Position numbers and translations under genes: made by a program. A stretch of 64,000 nt of DNA from Octopus sinensis (taxonomy: Eukaryota). The notes beneath the pieces were generated by a model, which saw nothing but the letters and a program-made list of their open reading frames with translations, had not been told where the DNA came from and did not search any database. Positions 10,846-24,236 of the stretch are shown in pieces (positions within the stretch are counted from its first letter, which is position 1; each line of letters opens with the position of its first letter). Where the stretch lies: contig NC_042997.1 in the NCBI RefSeq assembly GCF_006345805.1, positions 182,156,001 to 182,220,000 on the forward strand, in the 5' to 3' direction.

Positions 10846-12741
10846 AATATAGACCTGTTTAAATAAAAAGCCGTTGAATCATTTGCTAACACAGTTTCAG
10901 TTTCCTTGCTTGTAATTTAAGCATTTTATCAATACAGAAAAAACTTTTGGAATTATCTAAGAGATCTTTAATCATTCAACTAACAGAAAATTATTACTTT
11001 CACTGATTTTCAATTGTCACCTAGATTGCTTTTTACTTTAATCTCAGGTTGTGCAAATTATTATTTCCTGAGACTATATATTTTATAATGTTATCTTAGT
11101 CTAACTAGAATTAAGCTTAACAGGTTCAACTTCACATTTACTTTTTCAACCTAGGTGTGGTTGATTTATTAAAGTACTGGACTATTGGGCGATAAAACAT
11201 TTATTTAACCACAATACTCCCACCTTATCTTTGACAATATGCCCACATTTATTTAGTCACAATATTCCCACCTACTTTTAGGCACAATTCTCTGTTTGTT
11301 AGTCATCTGTACTTGTGAGTTATCAGTATTAGAAAAGGATTCATAAAAAAATTTATACCAGTAAATTATACCAGTCTTAAGAAAACATAATTGTATATAC
11401 AGTATATTGAAGAAGTAGTTAAACCTACTCTGATGCAATTTATGGGACTTGAAAAGAAAATTCATTTTGGTTCATAATGATGTCTTATGCATTCCAAGTA
11501 CTGAATATTAAATGTCTCTATATCACTATCATTGCCCTACCTTAAAGGCTATGTGGTATTTGAGAACAAATTCAATGAGCTTGAGCAAATTGTTTTTGAA
11601 TTCTATACACAGACTTTGTAGCTTTATGCTTGCCAAGGATGACCTTACTAGGCAAAGTCATCTTTATTAAAGCTATTATCAAGGGATGTTGAAATATACA
11701 AAAAGATTGCAATGGTTTAGGCTACATAAGTTTTTAAACATCACTTCCGCTACTCAGTATTTTGCTTTTGTTTTTGTTTTCAAATTGAAAATAAACACAG
11801 TTTTTAATTTTAACAGATTTAATCTAAAATGTTTTTTAGCTGTTACTAATTAATTCTCTTGGATATTTCTTTTAATACACTGTTTTAATGCTTCATATAA
11901 AGTCAACTAAAACTATAATTAAACTTGTGAGTATTGCAAAAAAAAAAAAAGCTATGATCGCAAATTGGACTTCCAACTGCACTCAAGTCAATTTCACTTT
12001 ATTTTCTACCAGATTAAAATATTTAACTGTATTAAACTTGAAGCATTTGCAATAGTGGGAAATATTTTAGCAGTAGTTGATGTATTATTTTCTAGGTTTC
12101 TAGCGATATACATTTGAATACTTTTTTCTGAATTAAAATATTTGGAAAATGCATTTGAGTGTCATGTTGCTATGAGTTTCTGATTGTGAATCTTTTTGTT
12201 TTATTTAATCCTATAAAAAAAAAGATCTGTTCATCCTGTAATCTTAATAGCCTTGCGGTAGGTGTGTCAGATATTTGTATAGCACATCACTTACAAGTCA
12301 CTAACACTGAATTGATTAAGTCAGTCAGACTTATTCTAAAAGGTTAGAAGTATACATAATCAATCAATGAATCATTTCATTTATAGATAGCAAATGCAGC
12401 TTTTGTTTAACTGTGGAATACACCTTCAATAAATTCTTTTGTCTTGTTGCTTTTGTTGAAGTAACCTAAGAGATGAATTGATACTAGTATAGGAAAATGT
12501 CATTTCTTTATTATATTGAAAATCATTGCTGCAATTTTATTTTAAAGAGAATCTATGACACCCCAACATATGAAGAGGCTTCAGTCACTACTTCAATCTA
12601 TTACTAAACTATACTTATGGTATATTTCATCTCTCAACCCAATCCTTTCAGGTCTTGTCTAGTTGCTGTGAGACCTAGTTTATCAACATTTCTTTGACTA
12701 TTCTGTTTCTTTTCTCCTGTCAGTTGCCATTTACCTACATA

Positions 12742-13985
12742 TTGGATTATCCCATAAATAATGCATTTTTTTTTCAATTGTATGAGCTAAAAGCTGGAAG
12801 GGAACAGGATAAACTACCCGCATCAACTTGCTATAAAAGAAGGTAGTAATTTTACCTTGTACTTATTCTTAGTACAAGTTTTGAAGAGTGCTGTTCGATT
12901 TTAAGTTATTTTTTCAAAGCTATAATGGAAGTGACAAAGGAGCATATTCGACATATTTTGCTATGAGAGTTCAATAAAGGCAACAATGCAACCGAATGTG
13001 TGAGGAATATTAATACATTATATGGGGATCAGATAATAGGTGTGAGCCAGTGTCAACGGTGGTTCCAGAAATTCTGAGCTGGAAACTACAGCCTAGAAGA
13101 TGAGCCTCATCCTGGAAGATCTGTAGAGCTCAACGAGGACATCCTGCAAACCCTGGTGGAACAAAATCCTATCGTAACTTTTGAGGAACTAACCGAGAAA
13201 CTTGGATTTGGTCATTCAACCATTCATTGACACCTGCGAGCCATCAGAAAAGTCAGCAAATTGGGTCAATGGGTTACTCATAAACTTTCCGAGTCTAGTC
13301 ACATGCAGAGAGTGAATGTGTGCTCTTCTTTGCTGTCACAAATGAGCCTTTTGGGGGGGGGGGGACTGAATAGTGACTGGTGATGAAAAATGTCTTTCTC
13401 AATAAAAATGTCGAGTGCTGAAGACAGTGGGTAGGGAAAGGAGAAACACTAGCACCCCAAGCTAAAGAAGGTCTTCACCCACGTAATCTGTTTGGTGGGA
13501 TATGAAGGTTTAGTCCACTTTGAACTTTTAAACCCAAACCAAATGATAACAAAGGAGATCTACTGCAAGCAACATGAGCAACTTAAGTCAGTGCTAGAAG
13601 AAAGACGACCATCTTTGGTTTCAAGACAAAAGGTGTTCTTCAATCAGGATAATGCTCAGCCACATACAGCAAGGATGACATTCCAAAAGCTGGAGCAGTT
13701 TCAGTGGGAAACAATACCCCATCCAACATATTCACTGGACATTGCCCCATCTGATTATCATTTATTCTGCAGTCTTCAAAATACGAATTCTGTAGACAAG
13801 GTCAGAACAGTGCTGAAGGAGTATCTTTCATCGTGGACAAGTGAATTTTGGAAGAAGGACCTTGCAAGTCTACCAGATGAGCATTATAAAAGATGGAGAG
13901 TTTTTTTAGATTAAAAAAGAACTTTATCTAATTTTGAAAAATAAAAGAAGTATAAAAAAGCTGCATTATTTATGGGATGACCTAA
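12742..13985 (+). mobile_element. Mariner (DD34D) transposon, near full length, defective (copy 1)
   Basis: Terminal inverted repeats (TIRs) TTGGATTATCCCATAAATAATGCA / TGCATTATTTATGGGATGACCTAA, flanked by TA at 12740-41 and 13986-87; 1244 bp; contains a transposase relic. Confidence 0.93.
12925..13914 (+). pseudogene. Mariner transposase pseudogene
   Basis: MEVTKEHIRHILL*EFNKGNNATE..., WVTHKL (WVPHEL-like), IVTGDEK, QDNAQPH, YSLDIAPSDYHLF. There are 34 residues between the 2nd and 3rd catalytic Asp. Contains stops and frameshifts; ORF 13492-13914 is its C-terminal part. Confidence 0.92.
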
Positions 13986-16900
13986 TATATATAAACAATG
14001 TCTAACTGGTATCCAGAACTCTTGATAAAATTCCATTTATCTTTGTACTCTAGGTGTCATGTTTTAAATAAAATCATTCTATCAACTGGCACACTGAGAG
14101 AGGTTTGACAACACACATAAAGTAAACAAAGCATACATTTAAAGACTAATGATATTTCAGATAACTAAGAATAAAATGAAATATGTCTCCACTGCTCATA
14201 CTAAACTTTATATGAAGCTTTTGTTCCAAAACTAAACTTACTGGAACTTTTCATTTGAATTTGTATTTGATAAATCTTCCAAAGATGTAAAGGTTTTATA
14301 ACATAATTATGCCAGTGCATAATGGTAGAAACCATTAGAAGATTAAGTGGAACAAAGGCAGCATGCATTAACATTTGTAGTACTGTTAAGATCAATACAA
14401 TTGATGTTCAGTTTCAAGATTTGCTGACCACTGACTGTAAAGGAAAAATTAAAAAGGTGTGAATCCATGGGACTAGTTCTAGAGAGGAATGACTGGACAA
14501 GTATTTTGCGTGGGGTTATTGTGTTGTCTAAGAAACAGGAGATGGAGTACAGTGATATAAACAGTACTTCTGTATATGTAAGTCATAATTGAAGTTAACA
14601 AGCAATTGGAAGTGAAGAACTTATTAGCCTTAAAGAGAAAGCCTAATCGTTAGACTGCAGCTTTGATAATGTTACAAATGTGAGGTCACCATGAGAAATA
14701 AGCAGAGATTGTGAGGCCTACCATTTGTAGTAACTTTAAGGAGTTTAGTTGTATATTATTCCTGTATTTGGAAATATAGTCTAAGACTATTTCCTTTATG
14801 TATTGTTATTGTGTCTGGTTCTGTGAAGAAAGACTAGCTTTTCATGTCTCTTTTAAAGGCTGTCTTCCAAATTTTGGAAATAAAATTGATGAATTTTTAT
14901 TTCAAAAGACCTTTTTAAATTTTTTTGTCTTAATACATTAAATATGTTTAATACCATAGTAAATATTTTATTGACAAAAATATATATAATGAAGTACGCT
15001 AATACTGTAAAGTCACATCTTTTACCTTTTTCATCTTGTAATTGGAGCAACATTTAATGCTCAAGTAATTTCCTTTTTTATTTGTAAATACTTAAAAATA
15101 TATGCATATATACATCTATTGAAAATGGAAAAATTTGGATGATTTGTAAACAAACATACATTAACAAACAGCATTATTATATGTACAACAGCTAAGATAC
15201 ACATTTTGTGTTCATGCATATTTGTAGTAATTAATTGAGTTGGCAAGAAAGTAATTTTGGTTTTTTAGTGTGAAGTAAGTCAATTTTTTTTCCATGCAGT
15301 ATATACTATGATGTTTCTTAAAATTAGCTAGCTAAAGAAGGAGTCTATGTGATCACTCAACCTGCGAGAAATAGCAACCAAATTCCCTCAAATCCCATCT
15401 TACCAATTGAAGTTAAACATGTAATTAACATTAGCAAAGTCAATTACTAAAATATACTTTGAATTTCATTCATTTTTATAATAAACTGGAAAAGACTTAC
15501 TTTTTATATTTAATATTTCTTTTTAGTTTTAGTCTTGATTGGGACTGCTTACTTTGCCTATCCTGAGTGCATTGTTCCAAATATACACCTATTTGTGCTG
15601 CTATGAAATTGGTGCAGGAGTTTACAGATATTCTTAAATCCAATCTTTTATTATCAGAAAATATCAATAGACAGTAGATTGAATATAAAAATCTTGTTCA
15701 ATTTAATGAAATAATAACAGTGCTCCACTCACTTCTATAAAAGCTAAACATTATCTTTAACCACATCATAATTTGCTTGGGACTATCCTACTTCTTACAC
15801 ATTTGTCATTTCATGTGCAGAAGAAAGCTGAAAACTTGGGTAATATACATTGACTCAATATGTACAATGTATATTCCCTCTTCTGATTCATTATCTCACT
15901 TATTTTGTACATCTATGTTTCACTATTTCTTTCTCATCTTTCCTCCTAGTGGCCTTCCTCTTCTGTACCATTTGTGACATTTGTAACCAAGGTGTTACTG
16001 AAACTTTCAACTCTGAGAAAAGAATGGGTATTAATAGAACATAAGGCATATGGGGAGAAAACCTGAAGAATTTATTTCTTATATTGTTTACATGTTATAT
16101 TCATTGAAATTTTACAATTTTCTTGCCAAAAGTAAAAATATTACAGAAAGTAGTTAGAATTTCTTCATATCAAGTGCTTGAAAAAACAGTAATATAAAGA
16201 GAGCTTTGTGTTGGACTAAATGCCTTGTATTTAGTTTCATCTTAGTTCAAATGCAACTTCCACTATGTTCAGCTTTACTCTTCATTCTTGTGGGATCAAT
16301 CAAATAAGAACCAATCGTGTAATGGGTTTGATACAGCCAAGTAAAACCCTCCTCTAAAATATATGGTTGTGTGCCAATGTTAAAAATCATTTAAAGTTCT
16401 TATGGAAGGTATGATCATGAGCATGTTCATTTTTCATTTCCATCATGAATTATAGTCATTAATGGAAACTGCTTATCACAAATTGATAAGCAGAAAATAC
16501 ACATTGGTTTCATTGTATTTAATCTCATAAATCTCATAAATAGTCTGTTAAATAATCTGTTGTTAAACTGATCTGAAGAAATTAGAGATAGTGACAAAAA
16601 TTAGAACCATATAAGTAGAGACTATTTTCTCAAATTTAGTCAGACAAGAGCAATCTATACTTAATAATAGCCAATATAAATGTGGGTTGGTTGGTTTCTC
16701 CTATTATGCTTTATGTTGTAGAGAGGGAGAGATAGAGTAAAAGAGAAATATAGAGAGAGTTACCACTAAGAGATACAGAATGAATGCACATTCTAGGTTG
16801 GTGGAAGGCAATGGAGTAAAGGAACGTTACTCACACACACAGTGAGAGAGAAAGAATCATAGAGACAGAGGAAGAGTGGGAGAGTAAAATACTGGCTGTA

Positions 16901-17277
16901 ACTGAAAAAGGCTCTGCAATAGTATAATGAACATGCTTTTTCCTTATGTGATTTACTAGTTAGCTGTTTGTTTGCAGAGTAAGTGTTTTTGCATTAATCA
17001 CTAGGGCACTTGCTAACATAAGAATTTATAACAAACTGTTCCAATTATATTACAATTTCTGAAGAATATTAAAACATTAGAATGTTATCCTTCATATGAT
17101 CAGTAACTTCGAAAAAATATTTTTACCACCATGGGTAATATGAGGAAATATGGCATACAATAATTATAATTTTTATCAAATTATCTATGGTGACAAAAGT
17201 ATACTTCCAAAGTTACCTATTATATGATGGGTAACTCACTATTTTATGAATAATTGACATAAGAGAGATAATATATA

Positions 17278-18320
17278 TTGGGTCATCCCATAAATAATGC
17301 AGTTTTTTTCAATTGCATGAACTAAAAGTCAGAGGGGGACAGGATAAACTACCTGCATCAACTTATTATAAAAACAGTAATTTTACCTTGTCCTTATTCT
17401 TAGTACAAGTTTTGAAGAGTGCAGTTTGATTTTAAGTTATTTTTTCAAAGTTATAATGGGAGTTACAAAGGAGCATATTCAGCATATTTTACTTTGAGTT
17501 AAATAAAGGCAACAATGCAACAGAATATGCGAGGAATATTAATGCATTATATGGGGACTAAACAGTAAGCATAAGCCAGTGTCAATGGTAGTTCCCATAA
17601 ACTACAGCCTAGAAGATAAACCTTGTCCTGGAAGATCTGTAGAGCTCGACGAGGAAATCCTGCAAACCCTGTTGGAACAAAATCCCATTGTAACTGTTGA
17701 GTAACTAGCAGAGAAGCTTGGATTTGGTCATTGTGTCTGTGTTTGTGAGTCTGTTCCCCCCTACCATCTCTTTGACAATCAGTATTGGTGTGTTTACATT
17801 CCTGTAACTTAGTGGTTCGACAAAAGATACCAAAAGGATAAGTACTAGGCTTACAAAGAATAAGTCCTGGGGTTGATTTGTTCGACTAAAGGTGGTGCTC
17901 CAACATGGCTACAGTCAAATGATTGAAACAAGTAAAAGAGAAAAGATCATCTACCACAAGCAGCCTGAGCAGATTAAGTCAACGCTAGAAGAAAAACGAC
18001 CATCTTTGGTTTCAAGACAAAAGGTGTTCTTCCATCAGGATAATGCTCAGCCACATACAGAGAAGATAACATTTCAAAGGCTGGAGCAGTTTGAATGGGG
18101 AAACAATGCCCCACCCACCACATTCACCAGACATTGCCCCATCTAATTATCATTTATTCTGCAGTCTTCAAAATCATTTGGACAGAAAATATATGAATTC
18201 TGTAGACAAGGTTAAAACAGTACTGGAGGAGTATCTTTCATCACAGACAAATTAATTTGGAAGAGGAGCCTTGCAAGTCTACCAGTATAAAAAAAATGCA
18301 TTATTTATGGGATGACTCAA
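17278..18320 (+). mobile_element. Mariner transposon copy 2, internally deleted and interrupted by a SINE fragment
   Basis: TIRs TTGGGTCATCCCATAAATAATGCA / TGCATTATTTATGGGATGACTCAA with TA on both sides; colinear with copy 1 except for the centre and part of the 3' region. Confidence 0.92.
17733..17944 (+). mobile_element. 3' half of SINE family 1, inside mariner copy 2
   Basis: Matches 7290-7510 (gtaacttag...agtactaggcttacaaagaataag...ggctacagtcaaatgattgaaacaagtaaaagag). Confidence 0.85.
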
Positions 18321-20225
18321 TATATGCTTTGAGTTTTCTACTGGTTTCATTCTATTTTTAAATATCTCACAGATTGCTTTTTAGAGAAAATTTCTTTTCA
18401 CTGTGAAGAATTTACACAGGTTGTTTTTGAAGTTTATTTTTTTGTTGTCATATGTTTTTTTTTTTATCTATACATTTTATCTATACATTTTTTAATAAAA
18501 AGCACTATTTTCATAACTAATCGATTACACAATATCTTTCATTGGTTAGATTTCTTACTTCTCTGAAAAGGAGAAAAAAAGTCATGATTTCAATAGATGC
18601 AGAGTACATTTTTTGTTTAATATAAAGATTTTTATAATTTAAATTCATGTGAATGATATAAAATAAGTGGATGAGCTTAGAATATAAAGATTATAGGTTA
18701 AGTGCTGTTAGATGGAAGTAAAAATCAGGTTTATTACAGCTTTGCATTCCTATGTGTATGTATGCATATGCTTACCTCCTGCTCGCTCCCAATACTTGCT
18801 TACCTTACAATTCCTGGACATAATATAAGCCTATTCACATGCTTACGAATTTAGTTTACTTCTGCCAAGATGTCTTCCAAAGTTGCTGCCTCTTCACTCC
18901 ATTACTTTTAATGGGACGAAAGAGAATGCATACTAAAGTTGGTTATTCTATGGCAATGACATCAAATCTCTAAGGAAAACAATGTGAATTGTTCAATGCC
19001 AACACTCTGCCTATATCCAGATAAATTATTATTTATTGTAGATTCAAAAGACTTATGAATGTATTCAAATGCATATATAAATCTAATGATATGCATTTAA
19101 ATTTATAAGCTTCATCAAATATCCAAAGTTGAGGCTTCCTTCTGTTATCAGTTTATGTGTTTGTTGTATGTTTGCAGAATTGTTAGTGCATTGGACAGAT
19201 ATCTTTCAGTATTTATTGCTCTTTGCATTCTGAATTTAAATATCTCTAAGATCTTTGTCTTTGATTCTTCACTCACTCTCTTTTAAAATCACTTATACTT
19301 CAATATAAGAACAACATGCAGGGACACTCACAGTGTCCTTTTCTTATATTGCAATCCCTAATACAAAAGAATAATATGGTCATTAAGTTTCTGGTGGAGT
19401 ATGGTACATAATAAGATAAATACTTTTTTTTTTGTTTACTTTTGACAAATAATGTTTCTATTGTACTAAACTTACATTTTATAAACACCTATTTTTGTTA
19501 ATTTAATCATCCCAGCATATTACTGGTACTGTACTATTGATCTCCAAGAGGGTGAAAAGCAGTCAACTCGGTGATATTTAAGCACACAAGATAAGACACA
19601 CCTAAATATTGTATTGCATTTATTCTGATATCTATCATTCTTGCCACTCTGTTTCCTTTTAATGCTTACAATAATTATAGTAATAAATTTGCTGTAATAT
19701 CTCAGATTTTGATATGAAGAAAATAAGTGATGATATCTATAGGCTACTTTAGAACAGTTTAATATTTATTATATGTAATTATAATTTTACTGGATTCTTT
19801 AGTGTAGAAGTAACTACTTGATAAACAAGAGCAACAATCTAGTTTTGATCCTGTGTTAAAACTACTTCATTTTCATTGGCAATACAATAGCAAAAGGGTT
19901 AATGCTATAGAAAATGTTATGCCACACCTTTTATATCACCATATCAAAACTCATCCTTGGTGCTAGTCTGGATTAAATTTTTTTAATGTTATTCTAATCA
20001 TGCAGATCCAATCTATATTATGAGTATACTATCTTTAAATTTAGAATTAAACTATATCCTCCTCATTTTCAAGATGGGGAGACGTTTATTGCAAGAGATT
20101 TGCCTCTTGTTTTTATAAATTTGATCAGCTATGTAAAAGCCCTCCTACTGGTTGCTCATAACTATTGAATCAAATAACCCCATCACTGCAGTATTTACAA
20201 GTAACCTTAAAGAAAATCATTTTAA

Positions 20226-20445
20226 CCCTTTAGCATTCAAACTGGCCATATCCAGCCTAAATTTTCCACCTGTTTTATGTTCAAACCAGCCAGATACAAC
20301 CTCTCACAGCTACCCTACAAGGTCCTTCTAAAAATAAGCAGTCGCATTATGAAAATCTCAAAGCTACAAGATGATGCTTGATTAATTCAAAACAATGTGA
20401 ATAAATAAGCATTACATTTGACAGAATAATCTGAATGCTAAAGGA
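20226..20445. mobile_element. Second piggyBac-type MITE (220 bp), different interior
   Basis: TTAA|CCCTTTAGCATTCA ... TGAATGCTAAAGGA|TTAA: 14-bp TIR with 1 mismatch. Confidence 0.8.
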
Positions 20446-20500
20446 TTAAATCATACTTTATACCAAAAAAAAATGATCATTTACATCAGTGTAGCACACT

Positions 20501-20863
20501 CTCTACTCTTTTACTTGTTTCAGTCATTTGACTGTGGCCATGCTGGAGCACCGCCTTTAGTCGAGCAAATCAACCCCAGGACTTATTCTTTGTAAGCCTA
20601 GTACTTATTCTATCGGTCTCTTTTGCCGAACTGCTAAGTTACGGGGATGTAAACACACCAACATCAGTTGTCAAGCAACGTTGGGGGACAAACACAGGCA
20701 CACACATATGTACTCGATTTCCGTCTACCAAATCCACTCACAAGGCTTTGGTCGGCCCGAGGTTATAGTAGAAGACACTTGCCCAAGGTGCTACGCAGTG
20801 GGACTGAACCTGGGACCATGTGGCTGGTAAGCAAGCTACTTACCACACTGCCACTCTTGCACC
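20501..20863 (-). mobile_element. tRNA-derived SINE family 1 copy
   Basis: Reverse complement gives A-box (TGGCAGTGTGG), B-box-like GGTTCAGTCCC, the same body and the TAAAAGAG tail as 7113-7512. Confidence 0.88.
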
Positions 20864-23800
20864 TATGTTCAATTTTTTATAAGAATACTTTTATAATAAG
20901 AGATCCTTAGTTCAGCTTTTTTCTTTCTTTTGTTACTTTTGTCCACAAATTAATTTATATGAGTGAATTAGGTATCCAATGGAGACATAATAGATGCAAT
21001 AGCATTACAGAATGATTGAATGCACAAGTGCTTCCCTGTCAGCTAATGCGTATAATATTATTAACTACTTGTGTATTCTTAGCGTAAAGTGGGTGCGGTA
21101 ATATTAAGTTTTGTACCAGTTGTGGTAATAAATGACAAAATAACTTGGTTCTGAAGTTCATTGTTCTGAATTTCATAAATAATTTTGTTAGCAACACAGA
21201 AATTTTGTTGGCCTCTCAGTTTATAAATGTTTTGCAGTTTGTGTCCACTATGATACTGTACATGCAAGGAAAATAAGTACTGTAAAAGGCTCTGAAGGAA
21301 TAAAATGACTATAAGTATCAATCTGAGGTATAAATGTGAATTTAAAAAAAGAGAGAGAGAGAATATGTATTTATCGTTAAATATATGTTTCTTGTAAATT
21401 AGACAATGCAACTGAATGTGTAATAAAATGAACTTACTGACAAAATGATGAATTAGTAGTAAATTGTTGCTAGATGCAGTAGTGGACTACAGAAACATGA
21501 ACAGAAGTTTATGAGAATTTAGAATATGGTTTGTGGGCAAGAAGCAATTCTTTATTCTTGTGAAAGCCTAAGCTTTGATAGATATTAGGCTTCTTCTATT
21601 CCTTTACTGGTTTCAATCATTGGACTATGGCTATACCGAATCACTTCCTTCAAGAGTATAGTTATTATATCAATTGCAATACTTGACTGGTACTTATTTT
21701 ACTAACCTCAAAAGGATGAAAGCCAAAGTCAAATGGAATTTGATCTCAAAACATAAAGGGACATAACCAAATACCACAAGTCTTGTCTCTGCTCTACCAA
21801 TTCTGCCTTGTAACAGGATGGTGATAGATATTGTTTGCTTTGTTTTTTTTTATTAAAAATATAATTTCATTGATCCATAAATATCTATACCATAAGACAT
21901 ATATTTCTTTATTGCCCACAAGGGGCTAAACATAGAGGGGACAAACAAGGGGATTAAGTCGATTACATCAACTCCAGTGCATAACTGGTAATTTATTTAT
22001 CGACCCCGAAAAGATGAAAGACAAAGTCGACCTCATAAGACATAGAAGTTTAGAGATATTTTTATTTGCCTTAATCTGTTTAACTAGAGAATTCATATCA
22101 GTATTATTTTGTGTCAGTGACTGACTATAGACAAGGTGTCTATCTACACAGTTATCTCCTCTAAGAACACAATTTCCCTATCCCATTCCAAAATGAAAAA
22201 GAAGAAATATTAAAATGAAAATGGCTTGTTTAATAAGTACTATCAACAAAAAATTTTTTAAAGTATTCCATTCCTATTTTTGTTAACAGATAATTCAAAC
22301 ACTGTAAGATGTTAGTCGTAAGTGGGTTTGTTCTTTTTTTTGTTTGGGGGGGTGATTTTTTTAGCACTATGGCTCATATTCAAATAAAATAAATTTGTTT
22401 TCCCTTTAGACATAGATACTTCACGAGTTAGGTGATGATTTCATGTTTTTGCAGATATTTATGCCTTGCAAATACCTGAGCAAATTGTACATGGGGAAAT
22501 TTTCAGTAACCATCTCCTCGTTCTCTTGAATGCTTCTAATGGTGATCAGTGTTATCATCATTAGAAGCACAGTTCTGTGATTTAGAAATTTGTTTCATTA
22601 TCTCATGGTTCCAGGTTCAATCACACTGCATATATCTTCTATCATAGCCTCAGGCTGGCCAATACTTTATTAGTGTAATTTAATTGATGAAAACTTTGTA
22701 AGCCTACCGTGTATCTTTCATTCATGTACATCACTGAAACATGTAAATAGTGAGAAAATTGAAATACTGGTACTCTTCAAGAAAAGTTCTTTACAGAATT
22801 TGTTTGACAAGATATAAACCCTTTCTTTTTACTCTATCATCAGAATCTAAATAATTGATGATTGGCCTACTGATGCCCTGTAACCAATGATGTTATTGTT
22901 CACTAATTGTGATAAAAATAATTTAGGTACCTACATTGTACAGGTATTTAAATTACACATTAAAAGATCATAGGTTTAAACATTGCACTATATGCCCCTA
23001 GCTAAAACACATAACTGTATTTCCCTCAGTTAAATCTAGTTAAAGAAAATGGTACAATTGCACATTGTATCTGATTAGTTTTCATCAGAAAAATTATTCA
23101 GGTGCCATGCAAAATCTCTTACAATTAAACCAATAATGTAAAGAAATTCAACTTCTTCAAAGAATTTGTGCTAAAAAAATAAATGTAAAAATATATAATA
23201 ATAAAAGTCAATAACAAAAGAAATACCATCAACTGAAATGATTCTAGTCTCACAATATAGAAACATTTCCCATGGCACCAGCAGACAAAATGGAAAAGAT
23301 GTTGCCTCAACTGATAGCAAGGGAGATGCCCTGGAACAGCAACTCTGTAGACCAATAATGTATATTTTATTGGGACTGGTGAAAAAGACAATAAAGATTT
23401 TCTTTATGTAATTTGAAGTCAAACCAGCAAGACACTGAAGCAAATAACTGAACACATTTTAGCTGGTTCACTGCCATTTGTGTCAAATCATGTTACTTTT
23501 TAAAAAAATTAACATGTTTATCTTCTTAGAACCAATTTAATCTTGAGCCAATGAAGAAGCCTCTGCATATTCATTCAACATACTATAAATAGTGGCCAAA
23601 TCTTACCAGAAGACATATTGGGGGATGTAATCTTAGTTATACTTTGCCTCATATAAGCTGATGATCTCAGCTGGAATCTGTTAGATCATAGGATGCTTGA
23701 TTTGAGCTTTGTCCTAAACAACTACAACCAACTTAATTCTGATTCTCATTGTGTAGTTTATTCTGTTGAAAAGATTTTCCAGAGTAAACCAAAGCTTGTG

Positions 23801-24035
23801 ACCTTTCCTGGATTTCATTTTACTTGCTTCATTCATACCATTGGAAAATACATGCATTCACAAATTGCCAATTTCACTTCTGATAGTGTGAAGCTTTGTA
23901 CCAATGTGTAAAAAAAATTCAATATTCATTTACAGTAGTATATCTGTCAGATCTTTAGTTGTGTGGAATATTCTTCTTGTATAAATGTTTCTATTTTGTA
24001 CAATTTCATTAACTGTTCCTTTTGATCATTTCTAG

Positions 24036-24236
24036 GTGTACCCTTTCCACCAAGTCATCGATTACAAACACTAGAGGTGTTTGACCCACGAGGCAAACCT
24101 AAACCTGATGTTTTAAAGCAGCATTTCGTGTTAGAAGGTAGAGTCACAGAGGATGTAGCATTAAGGATTATTAATGAAGGAGCAGCATTGCTGCGGCAAG
24201 AAAAGACTATGATTGACATTGAAGCACCTGTTACAG
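24036..24236 (+). CDS. PPP3C (CanA): Calcineurin A (Ser/Thr phosphatase 2B catalytic subunit), internal coding exon equivalent to vertebrate exon 2
   Basis: Acceptor tttctag|GT and donor ACAG|gtaaat; 201 nt, phase 1-1. Translates (x)[66 protein letters not shown], the calcineurin A N-terminal catalytic-domain segment (VPFPPSHRL...RQEK...IEAPVT). Confidence 0.97.

Larger units (their letters stand above)
1..24035 (+). other. Probable first intron of the calcineurin gene (first coding exon not found in the window)
   Basis: The exon at 24036 begins mid-codon behind a good acceptor. I found no upstream exon encoding a ...RVVK-type N-terminus, and the region is repeat and microsatellite DNA. Confidence 0.6.

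Noticed and set aside
13353-13364. Poly-G run in mariner copy 1 as a G-quadruplex element
   Set aside because: A single homopolymer expansion inside a dead transposase; no evidence of function.
16940-16986. Candidate first exon ending gcaga|gtaagt
   Set aside because: In-frame stops precede the donor in the required phase, and there is no calcineurin-like N-terminus.
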